Under the pieces are notes generated by a model. That model saw nothing but the letters and a program-made list of their open reading frames with translations. It made no database searches and was not told the DNA's origin. A stretch of DNA of 64,000 bases from the NCBI GenBank assembly GCA_045124505.1, contig JBGVLZ010000090.1, positions 24,507-88,506 on the forward strand, given 5' to 3'. This DNA comes from Eubacteriales bacterium. GTDB taxonomy: Bacteria; Bacillota; Clostridia; Oscillospirales; CAG-272. Every line of letters begins with the position of its first letter. Position 1 is the stretch's first letter. The translations under genes were made by a program, and so were the position numbers. Shown piece after piece: positions 10,423 through 19,773 of this stretch.

Positions 10423-10941
10423 ATGAATATATCGATCAGAAAATGTACTGCCCAAGATCTTGATATGCTTCGAGATTATGCAATAGAAACCTTTTATCAA
10501 ACCTTTGCGCATCTGAATACTGCCGAAGATATGAAGAAATATATTGAAGATTCATTTAGTGAGGATAAACTCCGATGTGAGCTTGAAAATCCCGACAGCT
10601 CGTTCTTCTTTTTGTTTGCAAACGGGTGCTTGGCAGGATATCTGAAGTTGAATGAAGCTCCTTTTCAGACCGATATAAACGACAGCGAATCATTGGAAAT
10701 TGAGCGTATTTATATATCAAGAGATTTCCAAAGCAGAGGACTTGGCGGGTATTTGATGCAGCAGGCGGTCTTTGTTGCTTCAAAGCGCAGAAAAAAATAT
10801 GTTTGGCTCGGCGTTTGGGAGAAAAACGAAAAAGCGATCTGTTTTTATAAAAAGAACGGATTTTCGATAGTCGGCACTCATTCGTTCTTTGTAGGCGATG
10901 ATGAGCAAACTGACTATATCATGCGCAAGAATTTAAAATAG
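10423..10941 (+). CDS. GNAT-family N-acetyltransferase
   Basis: Acetyl-CoA-binding block IERIYISRDFQSRGLGGYLM (Q/RxxGxG/A) and YKKNGF tail. Confidence 0.85.
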   Translation: MNISIRKCTAQDLDMLRDYAIETFYQTFAHLNTAEDMKKYIEDSFSEDKLRCELENPDSSFFFLFANGCLAGYLKLNEAPFQTDINDSESLEIERIYISRDFQSRGLGGYLMQQAVFVASKRRKKYVWLGVWEKNEKAICFYKKNGFSIVGTHSFFVGDDEQTDYIMRKNLK

Positions 10942-11074
10942 TCAAACTCCGATATATTGAAGAAAAAACGAGATGTTTTTGTTCACCCATCAAATACACT
11001 TGATTGGTTTTAGTGTATTTAACAGTAAACGGTTAATGGACGTTTTCGATGATCATGTGAAAGGTAGTTAATTT

Positions 11075-11890
11075 ATGATTTTAACAAAAAGCGAAATTCC
11101 TTATATAATTTCCTCGGGAAAGGCAGAGTATTCACCCGTGGCAAAACAGTTTATTGCCGAGGCGAAAAAACAGTACGGTGTTGATATTGTTGCATGCTAT
11201 CTTAACACATTTCAGATGATGAATGTCGAGGACAAATCTGTTTGGAGATACACAGGATTTAAAAAACGTGAAATGATAAAAAAAACATCACATCTTACCA
11301 ATTATTTTCAATTAGAGGTATATTACCGTAATTTTGAATCATCTTCAGACGATTTCAAAGAGAGGTACGGTGATGATCTGTCAAGGTTGTTGAAAAACAT
11401 ATTTGCGGAAAATAGTTGCAGTGTAGAATACAACAGAGTGTTATCAAATGAGGAATTACATTATTACGGATTTTTTGATAAAAAGCCAGACAAAAGGGAT
11501 AAATCGAAAATTATATATCCTGATACACCCGCACTGTGCGAAGATTCAATACATGTTGAATCGTTTGATAAACTTGCGCTTTGGCATATTACAAGCTACG
11601 CTGCGCCTGTTCTTAATCGTAGTATAATTGTAAAGAATATAGGTGTTAAGGTGTATTCAGGTTGGGATGATGAAGGGGCAACATCTACTTTATATGTTGT
11701 GCTTCCTGAAAACCGTTCTGTCGGAGAACTTACGAAAAAGATGTTGAAGCGTGAAATGTTATTGTGCTTACATCATTTTGATAAGTTCGGTGTTGTGAAA
11801 GATGGTGATTTTCAACCTGTATTTGCCACGTGGTCGGAATTATCTGAAGGCGTGAGATTCGGTCTGTTACGGGAAGAAAAATCATTTTAA
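11075..11890 (+). CDS. hypothetical protein (271 aa)
   Basis: Long ORF with no recognisable motif. Confidence 0.5.
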   Translation: MILTKSEIPYIISSGKAEYSPVAKQFIAEAKKQYGVDIVACYLNTFQMMNVEDKSVWRYTGFKKREMIKKTSHLTNYFQLEVYYRNFESSSDDFKERYGDDLSRLLKNIFAENSCSVEYNRVLSNEELHYYGFFDKKPDKRDKSKIIYPDTPALCEDSIHVESFDKLALWHITSYAAPVLNRSIIVKNIGVKVYSGWDDEGATSTLYVVLPENRSVGELTKKMLKREMLLCLHHFDKFGVVKDGDFQPVFATWSELSEGVRFGLLREEKSF

Positions 11891-11941
11891 TTATGATAAT
11901 ATATGATATATTGAATCAGAAATTGTAATGGAGAATGATCA

Positions 11942-12541
11942 ATGAAAATATACGATATTTCCCAAGAAGTTTTTAAATGCAGGGTATATCCGGGTGATCC
12001 GTCACCCATAAAAAAGACACTCGCTTCAATGGAAAAAGGTGATTTATATAATCTTACGGAATTCAGCATGTGCGCACATAACGGAACACATGTAGATGCA
12101 CCGTTTCATTTTATCAAAGACGGAAAAACCGTGGATACCGTGGATTTGAGCGCATTTGTCGGTATGGCTTACGTTATAGAGCATCACGGTGTTGTACTTC
12201 GCGGTGATGCATTGAAAATAATTGAAAAAGCGAAAAAAGAGAATAGCGAATCAGCAAAGAGAATTCTTATAAAGGGAAATGCGGAAGTTTCCGAAGAAGC
12301 CGCTGAAGTGTTTGCAAAAGCGGAAATTCTGCTTTTTGGAAACGAATCACAAACTGTAGGACCTGAAAATGCACCGATGAAAGTGCATCAGATACTTTTA
12401 GGTGCTGATGTTGTTCTGCTTGAAGGAATACGCTTGTCAGAGGTATCACAGGGCGTTTATTTTTTAAATGCCGCACCGCTGAATTTATCAGGGGCAGACG
12501 GTGCACCGTGCAGAGCTATATTGATAGATAGCGAAAAATAA
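11942..12541 (+). CDS. cyclase-family protein (kynurenine/aryl-formamidase-like)
   Basis: HNGTHVDAPFHF matches the HxGTHxDxPxH cyclase signature. GGAGA RBS. Confidence 0.8.
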   Translation: MKIYDISQEVFKCRVYPGDPSPIKKTLASMEKGDLYNLTEFSMCAHNGTHVDAPFHFIKDGKTVDTVDLSAFVGMAYVIEHHGVVLRGDALKIIEKAKKENSESAKRILIKGNAEVSEEAAEVFAKAEILLFGNESQTVGPENAPMKVHQILLGADVVLLEGIRLSEVSQGVYFLNAAPLNLSGADGAPCRAILIDSEK

Positions 12542-12559
12542 AAAAAGGAGATTGGATAT

Positions 12560-13036
12560 ATGCTTTTGTTGATTGAAGGAACTGTGATGTGCTTTGTTCT
12601 TTTGATAGTTTGTGTGGTGGGAATTGCAAACGGTCCTGTCGGGCTTGTGCTTTTGTATGAAAAAGATGTTCAAAAAAGGGTAGTTGAGCTTGGACTGACA
12701 ACAAAAGAAAAAATACGCCGCAATTTCATAATCAGCAGTATTGTTATGTTTGTACCGCTTTTTGTTCTGCCGCCGCTTATGGTATACGGCATCAACGGTG
12801 CTGACGGTTTCTGGGATTCCTTTTGGCAGATGTCCATAATTCTGTGGATACAAGGACTTTTTGACCGCTTCTTCATTGACTGGTATTGGGTGGGAAAAAC
12901 AAAAGCGTGGGAAATTCCCGGTACAGAGGATCTCAAACCGTATATCCCGACAAAACCAATGATCGTAAAATGGATCAGTACAATATTTATGAATCCGCTT
13001 ATTGCGGCAATTGTTGCAGGTGTAATGCTGTTATAA
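12560..13036 (+). CDS. small integral membrane protein
   Basis: AAGGAG RBS. 4-5 hydrophobic spans. No family assigned. Confidence 0.6.
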   Translation: MLLLIEGTVMCFVLLIVCVVGIANGPVGLVLLYEKDVQKRVVELGLTTKEKIRRNFIISSIVMFVPLFVLPPLMVYGINGADGFWDSFWQMSIILWIQGLFDRFFIDWYWVGKTKAWEIPGTEDLKPYIPTKPMIVKWISTIFMNPLIAAIVAGVMLL

Positions 13037-13200
13037 TGAATTTGATGAGCATACATCAGTAAAACGCAACAAAAGACTTGATTTTCAGATGGTATGACAG
13101 AAATGCAACCGTTGGTTGACAATATTCCATGTCAGAATGGTAGACTTTATGCTCATTTTATTTTAAAATATCTAATAGCAATTCGAAAGGAAGATTTATT

Positions 13201-13773
13201 ATGAGTATTTCTGTAAAAATTCAACAGTTGCGTAAAAGTAACGGATTATCTCAGGAACAGCTTGCGGAAAAATTAGAAGTGTCAAGACAGGCAGTATCAA
13301 AGTGGGAAAACGGAACTGCTTTCCCTGATACCGAAAAGCTTGTGATGATAAGTGCTCTGTTTGGTGTTTCCACCGATTATCTTATCAAAGATGAAGAAAT
13401 ATCAAAACCAAATCAAGAAGTTCCGCCAAGCATTAACATTCCGAGAAAAATGTATATTATAGATATCAATAAGAGAAAGTTATCATCATTTGAAGAATTT
13501 TTAATTGAAATTGTCAATGCAGAGGGTGAAGCTGCTTTGATTTCGGGATTGTGCAAATACGCTGAAAAGGTAAAAGTCCCGATGTGTGCGCTTTACGGAA
13601 TTTCAAAAGGTATTCTTGGCATGAACAAGCAAACCTTACTCGGATTTTACGCATCTGTAGAGGAAGCAAAAAAAGAGCTGATAAGTATATCTAAAGCCAG
13701 TGAAACGGATACGGTGTACGAATTGAAATATGCTGCGAAAATGCAAGGGCTTCGTATTGCTGACAGCGATTAA
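13201..13773 (+). CDS. XRE-family HTH transcriptional regulator with uncharacterised C-terminal domain
   Basis: LRKSNGLSQEQLAEKLEVSRQAVSKWENG is an HTH_3. Confidence 0.8.
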   Translation: MSISVKIQQLRKSNGLSQEQLAEKLEVSRQAVSKWENGTAFPDTEKLVMISALFGVSTDYLIKDEEISKPNQEVPPSINIPRKMYIIDINKRKLSSFEEFLIEIVNAEGEAALISGLCKYAEKVKVPMCALYGISKGILGMNKQTLLGFYASVEEAKKELISISKASETDTVYELKYAAKMQGLRIADSD

Positions 13774-13810
13774 TTTTAGTTCTGATTTTAGTTTATAAAA
13801 ACATGAAAAA

Positions 13811-13847
13811 AGTGACGGCTCATTTTGGAAATGTGCCGTCACTTTTG
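13811..13847. terminator. bidirectional terminator hairpin
   Basis: AGTGACGGC...GCCGTCACT stem flanked by A-run and T-run, between convergent genes. Confidence 0.65.
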
Positions 13848-13871
13848 TATTGTTGATTTCGATTATTTAAA

Positions 13872-16331
13872 TTATTTTTTTAATCCTAATTTTTCGGCGG
13901 ATTCATCACGCATTTTGTATTTGAGTATTTTACCTGCGGCATTCATCGGGAATTCGTCAACGAACATGAAGTATCTCGGAACTTTATGTCTTGCGATGGA
14001 TGCATTACCGAATTCTTTCATTTCGTTTTCGTCTGCGGTTTCACCCTTGTGAAGAATTATCCATGCACAGCATTCTTCGCCGTATTTTTCATCCGGCACT
14101 CCGACTACCTGTACGTCACGCACTTTGGGGTTTGTGAGATAAAATTCTTCAATTTCACGGGGATAGAGGTTTTCTCCCCCTCGGATTATCATATCCTTGA
14201 GTCTTCCTGTAACCTTGTAATATCCGTCAGGAGTTCTCATGCATATGTCGCCCGAATGAAGCCATCCTTCGGCATCGATAGCCTGTGCAGTTGCTTCGGG
14301 CATCTTGTAGTAACCCTTCATGATGTTAAATCCACGTGCAACAAATTCACCGCTTTCACCGTCGGGAAGCTCATTACCCGTTTCGGGATCGATTATCTTA
14401 CATTCAACACCGGGGAAAGCACTTCCGACAGTTTCCACACGGTGGTCGAGATCTTCATTTACTTCACCCATTGTACAGCCGGGAGATGCTTCTGTCTGTC
14501 CGTAAACGGAGATTATTTCACGCATATTCATCTCAACCGATGCACGGCGCATAAGATCCGCAGGACAGTTTGCACCTGCCATAATACCTGTTCTCATATA
14601 TGAGAAATCGGTTTTTGCAAAATCGGGATGATTGAACATTGCAATAAACATTGTGGGAACACCGTTGAAACACGTAATGCGCTCATCGTTTACGCAGGCA
14701 AGCGATGATTTGGGAGAGAAGTAGGGAATAGGGCAAAGCGTACCGCCGTGAGTCATCATAGATGTCATGGAAAGAACCATTCCGAAGCAGTGGAACATAG
14801 GCACTTGGATCATCATTCGGTCAGCCGTTGAAAGATCCATTCTGTCACCGATAGTTTTACCGTTGTTTACGATATTGCGGTGTGTAAGCATAACACCCTT
14901 AGGAAAACCTGTTGTGCCTGATGTGTACTGCATATTACATACATCGTCGGGGCGTACAAGAGATGCACGTCGGCGTACCTCTTCATGCGGTATAAGAGTT
15001 GAACGGGAAAGCATCTGCTCCCATGTCAGACATCCATCCATATCGAATCCGACTGTTACGACGTTGCGAAGGAAGGGAAGATTTTTGGAGTACAAGGGAT
15101 TGCCCGGCTTAAGCTCCTTGAGCTCAGGACACAGTTCCTCAATGATCTCTTTATAATTGATATCCTTGCAGAATTCGACCATAACAAGCGTGTGCGTGTC
15201 GGACTGCTTAAGCAAATATTCAATTTCGTGAATTTTATATGCGGTGTTTACAGTAACCAGAACAGCGCCTATCTTTGTGGTCGCCCAGAATGTGATAAAC
15301 CACTGAGGTACGTTTGTTGCCCATATTGCAACATGATCCCCCGCTTTTACACCGAGTGAAATGAGGGCGGCGGCACATTCGTCAACGTCACGTCTGAACT
15401 GCTCATATGTCCTTGTATAATCGAGTGTAGGATATTTAAACGCATACTGGTCGGGATATTTTTCCGCCATTGTGTCAAGAACGTCGGAAAATGTTGCATC
15501 TATAACGTCATATTTTTTCCACACAAAGGTTCCTGTTTTTGCACGGTTGTAATAAGTGTGCTCAAAACTCTTTTTTTCACGTCCCAAAGCGGAAATATAG
15601 TTTGTAAAGTGCGTAAGCACGATATCCGCATCGCTTATTTCGTCATTCCATGCGGCACATATAAAACCGTCATAGTTAAGTGAAGAAAGTGCATTTAAAA
15701 GCTTTTTAACTTCAAGGTCACCTTCGCCGATAAGAACTGTCTTTCCGTCTTTCATATCACCGAGGCGGACATATTTTATGTACGCACCAAGGTTTTTTAT
15801 AGTTGTTTCAGCGGATTCGCCTGCGGAAAAGTATGTTCCTCTTACATTCCATGAAACACCTACACAAGATGAAGCAAAGTGATTGATAATATCAATAACA
15901 TTTTCGGTTTCCGCAAGATATCCTATTGTTTCAAAAAGGATATTGACGTCATTGTTCTGCGCACGCTTGATAGCGGCGGACAGCTTCTGATCCAGAATGT
16001 CAAACGAAACATTTTCTTCTGCCATTACAATGACATTGTCAACACCTGAAGCTGCCGCCATATCAACATATTTTTCTACAAGCTCAGATGTTGTTTCTTC
16101 GCTTTCAAGTGGGCAGGGCATTCGGAGGGCTGATACGGAAAGATTACGGTTTACGAGCTTTCTTTTGGCATCCGCCACACGGTCACGTCTTAAAATGCTG
16201 TCATGATGTCTGTTTCTTTCCTTTACCGCATCATATATTTCAAAGCCTTCAAAGCCGTAGTCGTAGGCATAGCGGCAGATATCAAGGAAGGAAGACCGTT
16301 TTACATTTTTTGTCGAAAATACGATCTTCAT
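13872..16331 (-). CDS. fusion protein: N-terminal xylose-isomerase-like TIM-barrel domain + C-terminal AMP-forming acyl-CoA synthetase
   Basis: Residues ~1-250 look like a sugar-phosphate isomerase/epimerase-type TIM barrel. The rest carries AMP-binding motifs (YTSGTTGFPKGVMLTH, GQTE, GEFVARGFNIMKGYY, GWLHSGD, GRLKDMIIRGGENLYPREIE, GKILK). The start is 1 nt downstream of the upstream gene's stop codon. Confidence 0.85.
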   Translation of the reverse strand: MKIVFSTKNVKRSSFLDICRYAYDYGFEGFEIYDAVKERNRHHDSILRRDRVADAKRKLVNRNLSVSALRMPCPLESEETTSELVEKYVDMAAASGVDNVIVMAEENVSFDILDQKLSAAIKRAQNNDVNILFETIGYLAETENVIDIINHFASSCVGVSWNVRGTYFSAGESAETTIKNLGAYIKYVRLGDMKDGKTVLIGEGDLEVKKLLNALSSLNYDGFICAAWNDEISDADIVLTHFTNYISALGREKKSFEHTYYNRAKTGTFVWKKYDVIDATFSDVLDTMAEKYPDQYAFKYPTLDYTRTYEQFRRDVDECAAALISLGVKAGDHVAIWATNVPQWFITFWATTKIGAVLVTVNTAYKIHEIEYLLKQSDTHTLVMVEFCKDINYKEIIEELCPELKELKPGNPLYSKNLPFLRNVVTVGFDMDGCLTWEQMLSRSTLIPHEEVRRRASLVRPDDVCNMQYTSGTTGFPKGVMLTHRNIVNNGKTIGDRMDLSTADRMMIQVPMFHCFGMVLSMTSMMTHGGTLCPIPYFSPKSSLACVNDERITCFNGVPTMFIAMFNHPDFAKTDFSYMRTGIMAGANCPADLMRRASVEMNMREIISVYGQTEASPGCTMGEVNEDLDHRVETVGSAFPGVECKIIDPETGNELPDGESGEFVARGFNIMKGYYKMPEATAQAIDAEGWLHSGDICMRTPDGYYKVTGRLKDMIIRGGENLYPREIEEFYLTNPKVRDVQVVGVPDEKYGEECCAWIILHKGETADENEMKEFGNASIARHKVPRYFMFVDEFPMNAAGKILKYKMRDESAEKLGLKK

Positions 16332-16332
16332 T

Positions 16333-17721
16333 TTATGCCTCCTCGGAAACGATCTTGTTGAGTGCGTTTATATATGCTCTTATACTTGCCGCAACGATAT
16401 CAGTTGATGTTCCGTTGCCCGAATAGAGCTTTCCGTTATTGCGGAGTCTGACAAGGGCGGAGCCAAGCGCTTCTTTTCCTTCCGTTACAGACTGAACCTG
16501 ATAATCATCAAGCTCATAATGGTGTCCGATGCACTGTTCGATTGCACGGAAAGCAGAGTCAATGGGACCGTCGCCGTTGCTTACGCCGCAGATTATTTCA
16601 TCGTTGTACTTCAAAGTGATCTGTGACATGGAGTTTGAAACATTACTGCTTGTTGTTGTGTATGTTTCAAAGTGGTATGTTGACGGCGCCTGCATTGCGG
16701 AGCTTGCAATAAGTGCTTCAAATTCCTTGGCACCCACAGAGCTTTTTTTCTCGCATATCTGTCGCAGAGCCTTGTGAACATTACCGACATCTGAATCCGA
16801 AAGCTCATAACCGAGGACAGATGCCGCCTGTGCCACCTGTGCTACAGAAGAATCTGCATCAAGTAATATCTTTGTTTTTTCGCTTATTTCGCTTTCTGAT
16901 TCATATGCTGTATGATTGATGCTTGATGTCATATCATCAATGCTTGCGTGTATTTTAGTATTATTGAGCTTGATTTCAGCGCCTATCTGCGCACCGCAAG
17001 CGTTGATCGCATCGGAAATGTATCCTGTCAAAAGAGCATTCTTTCCGATCATAGCGCACTTTATTCCGTCAGCACCGCTTTTGATTGCGGAAAATGCGCA
17101 TGCAACAGCCATATTTATACGGTCTGATACCTGAACGTAAACGGGTATATTTACCGCCTCTTTTACTTTTGAAACCAACGAAGCAATATCATCAGGTGTA
17201 CAAACACCTGCATCGTCGCACAAAGTAACGATCGCCGCACCGTTTGCTTCTGCTTCTTTTACTGCTGATATGAGATAGTCCTCATCTGCTCTTGTAGCGT
17301 CAAGGGCTGAAAATTCAACATCGTCACAAACAGCTTTTGACGCTTTGATAAGCTCTGTTATCTTTTCAAGCATTTTTGTCTGCTTGACGTGATATGTGTA
17401 TTCCATCTGAATCGTTGATACAGGTAATTCAACCTGCAAACGAGGGTTCTTGGCAGCTTTTATACATTCCCATGCAACTGCAATATTTTCACAGCTGAAG
17501 CCTACGGGAACAGCAAGTGTTGCATTCTGCACATTCTGTGCAATAGTTTTATAGATTATCGTGTCTTCACGAGCCGATCTTACAGCAGGAAGCTCAATTG
17601 CATCGACGCCGATATTAGCGGCACAGTTGGCAATAGCTGATTTTTCACGGAAGAGAAGAGATACTTCACGCTCCTGTGAAAGCTTCTTGAGAGTAATGTC
17701 AGTAACATTGATTTTTTTCAT
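16333..17721 (-). CDS. LeuA/HMGL-like paralog lacking catalytic residues but retaining the LeuA C-terminal regulatory (dimer) domain
   Basis: Collinear with 2-isopropylmalate synthase. However LRDGEQ is TLKKLSQ, HxH is VSD (YVQVSDRINMAV) and GERAGN is GKNALLTG. The C-terminus (GDGPIDSAFRAIE...GNGTSTDIVAASIRAYINALNKI) matches the Leu-binding regulatory domain. Start is set at MKKINVTD behind AAAGGAG; the longer ORF-track N-terminus overlaps the T-box terminator. Confidence 0.8.
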   Translation of the reverse strand: MKKINVTDITLKKLSQEREVSLLFREKSAIANCAANIGVDAIELPAVRSAREDTIIYKTIAQNVQNATLAVPVGFSCENIAVAWECIKAAKNPRLQVELPVSTIQMEYTYHVKQTKMLEKITELIKASKAVCDDVEFSALDATRADEDYLISAVKEAEANGAAIVTLCDDAGVCTPDDIASLVSKVKEAVNIPVYVQVSDRINMAVACAFSAIKSGADGIKCAMIGKNALLTGYISDAINACGAQIGAEIKLNNTKIHASIDDMTSSINHTAYESESEISEKTKILLDADSSVAQVAQAASVLGYELSDSDVGNVHKALRQICEKKSSVGAKEFEALIASSAMQAPSTYHFETYTTTSSNVSNSMSQITLKYNDEIICGVSNGDGPIDSAFRAIEQCIGHHYELDDYQVQSVTEGKEALGSALVRLRNNGKLYSGNGTSTDIVAASIRAYINALNKIVSEEA

Positions 17722-17766
17722 TTTTGAAACTCCTTTCAAATGTAAATGTAAAAGTGATCTTACCAA

Positions 17767-18000
17767 CAAAAAAACGCTTCCGTCTCCTTGTTGAACCAAA
17801 GAGACGAAAACGAAAATAATCACAGTTTCCGCGGTACCACTCTTCTTCATCCCGCACGGGATGCACTTTAGATGCTATCACATCTTAACTCTGTCACGGG
17901 AGTTTCCCGTCTGCCACTACTTGATATTTTCATGCCAGCCGCTCCGCGGTGAGTTCAGCAAAATTTTCTCAGTGTCTTGCACCGCCCGACACCTCTCTGT
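17767..18000 (-). promoter_or_regulatory. T-box riboswitch, specifier CUC (Leu)
   Basis: Read on the minus strand: AGAGAG...GGTGCAAG stem I, then the specifier-loop context GAA-CTC-A (plus 17950-17956). The T-box sequence is AGAGTGGTACCGCGG (plus 17829-17840). The terminator is CGTCTC..GAGACG plus a U-run (17767-17806). Confidence 0.85.
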
Positions 18001-18050
18001 ATGAAAAAAGCTTTGCGTACTATTCCGCATCCTTGCGTTTATTGCAAGCT

Positions 18051-18079
18051 ATTATATCATAATATTTTTAATTTGTCAA
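18051..18079 (-). promoter_or_regulatory. sigmaA-like promoter of the Leu T-box operon
   Basis: TTGACA - 17 nt - TATAAT on the minus strand. Confidence 0.6.
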
Positions 18080-18153
18080 CCCCTGTGTTTTTTAAAAAAT
18101 AATGAACTGTTACCGTTATAATATCAACCGACAGTATAGTATTTTGGGGTCTG

Positions 18154-18618
18154 TTACAATACTAATTCCATTCCTATTTTTTGGGGCACGAGTCCCAGTG
18201 CCTGATAAAATTTTAAAGCGGACTGATTACAGCTCCATACATTCAGCGTCAGATTATAACAATCATTTTCACGTGCAAGTCTTACTGCCGCTTCATAAAG
18301 CTCTTTGCCTATGTGCTTTCCCCGTAATTTTTCATCAACGCAAAGATCGTCAATATACAATGTTTTAATTTCGGTAAGTATGGAATTTTCTATGTGATGC
18401 TGAAAAATACAGAAGCAGTAACCCATAACCTCGTCATTTTCATCTGTATATACAAGAATGGGACGGTTCTCATCTTTAAGCAATTCTTCAAGTTCTTCTT
18501 CTGAATATTTTGTGCCTGCTTTGAAAATGTCCGGTCTGCCGTTGTGATGCACAAGACATACCTGTAACAACAGCTCTTTTATTTTCGGTATATCCTTTTT
18601 TTCTGCCATTCGTATCAT
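18154..18618 (-). CDS. GNAT-family acetyltransferase
   Basis: LCVDEKLRGKHIGKELY acetyl-CoA block. Start is at MIRMAEKK behind GGGAG, 14 nt after the DAHP synthase stop. Confidence 0.8.
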   Translation of the reverse strand: MIRMAEKKDIPKIKELLLQVCLVHHNGRPDIFKAGTKYSEEELEELLKDENRPILVYTDENDEVMGYCFCIFQHHIENSILTEIKTLYIDDLCVDEKLRGKHIGKELYEAAVRLARENDCYNLTLNVWSCNQSALKFYQALGLVPQKIGMELVL

Positions 18619-18631
18619 TTGTTTTCTCCCG

Positions 18632-19660
18632 TCAAAGCTTATCTGCAATATCAAGCACAAGGCGTTCCGTCTTTTCCCAGCCAAGGCAGGGATCGGTTAT
18701 TGATTTTCCGAAAATATGCTCCCCTGTGCTTTGCGCTCCGTCCTCTATGTAGCTTTCGATCATCAGCCCTTTTACAAGACGTCTGATGGTGGGATTTTGA
18801 TTTCGGCTGTGAACGATATCCTTTGCAATACGTATCTGCTCAATATATTGCTTTCCCGAATTGTTGTGGTTTGTATCTACAATGACCGAGGGATTTGCCA
18901 GATTTGACTTTTCATATAATTCTTCCACACGCAGAAGGTCTTCGTAGTGGTAATTTGAAGTGCTTCTTCCGGCATAGTCCACATACCCTCTCAGAATAGC
19001 GTGGGTATAGGGATTTCCGTCACTTGTGACCTCCCAGCCCTGATAAATAAATGTATGGCTTGACTGTGCGGCAACGATGGCATTCATCATAACACCGAGG
19101 TCACCGCCTGTCGGATTTTTCATTCCTACAGGTGCACCGACACCGCTTGCAGTCAGTCTGTGCTGTTGGTTTTCAACGGAACGTGCACCGACTGCGACGT
19201 ATGACAGCAGATCTGAAAGATAACGGTAATTTTCAGGATAAAGCATTTCATCAGCACAAGAAAAGTTATGATCTCTTAACGCTGCCAAATGAAGCTCACG
19301 TATGGCAACCAATCCCTTGTACATGTCGGGCTTTGCTTCCGGATCAGGCTGGTGAAGCATTCCTTTATAGCCTGCTCCCGTTGTTCTCGGTTTGTTTGTA
19401 TATATTCTCGGGATCATAACTATTTTATCCGCTACTTGCTCCTGAAGCCTGCGAAGCCTTGAAATATATTCAAGCACAGGCTCACTGTGGTCGGCAGAGC
19501 AGGGACCGATGATGAGAATAAATTTATCACAGCTTCCGTCAAATACAGCACGGATCATCTCGTCACGTTCTGATTTCACACGCTTCATTTTTTCTGTCAG
19601 GGGATATTCCTGTTTTACTTCTTCAGAAGAAGGCAGTCTTCTGTGAAATTGCATTTGCAT
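18632..19660 (-). CDS. 3-deoxy-7-phosphoheptulonate (DAHP) synthase, class I
   Basis: IIGPCS, RIYTNKPRTTGAGYKGM (KPRT block) and GMKNPTGG motifs. 342 aa. Confidence 0.9.
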   Translation of the reverse strand: MQMQFHRRLPSSEEVKQEYPLTEKMKRVKSERDEMIRAVFDGSCDKFILIIGPCSADHSEPVLEYISRLRRLQEQVADKIVMIPRIYTNKPRTTGAGYKGMLHQPDPEAKPDMYKGLVAIRELHLAALRDHNFSCADEMLYPENYRYLSDLLSYVAVGARSVENQQHRLTASGVGAPVGMKNPTGGDLGVMMNAIVAAQSSHTFIYQGWEVTSDGNPYTHAILRGYVDYAGRSTSNYHYEDLLRVEELYEKSNLANPSVIVDTNHNNSGKQYIEQIRIAKDIVHSRNQNPTIRRLVKGLMIESYIEDGAQSTGEHIFGKSITDPCLGWEKTERLVLDIADKL

Positions 19661-19773
19661 TGTATATTACCTCATAGTTTGCAACTGTTTGATACAACAA
19701 TAAAAATAATAAACAAACGTGTTTTATTACTTTTGTTGCAGTACCAAGTGTCAATAATAGATGGTAAGAGATA

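Noticed and set aside
13986-14603. Antisense or shadow ORFs inside long genes. Examples are 13986-14603 +, 14767-15156 +, 30841-31398 -, 35482-36084 -, 45839-46624 -, 51751-52308 -, 50029-50475 -, 41272-41655 - and 235-573 -.
   Set aside because: All lie opposite or out of frame to ORFs with clear family motifs. They lack RBSs and have low-complexity or odd composition, so they are typical six-frame artefacts.
16333-17850. The long ORF-track version of the LeuA-like gene (start 17850), and annotation as a functional 2-isopropylmalate synthase (leuA).
   Set aside because: The extra 43 codons run through the T-box terminator and have no RBS, whereas the Met at 17721 has AAAGGAG. The catalytic motifs RDGEQ, HxH and GERAGN are all replaced, so an enzymatic leuA call is not supported.
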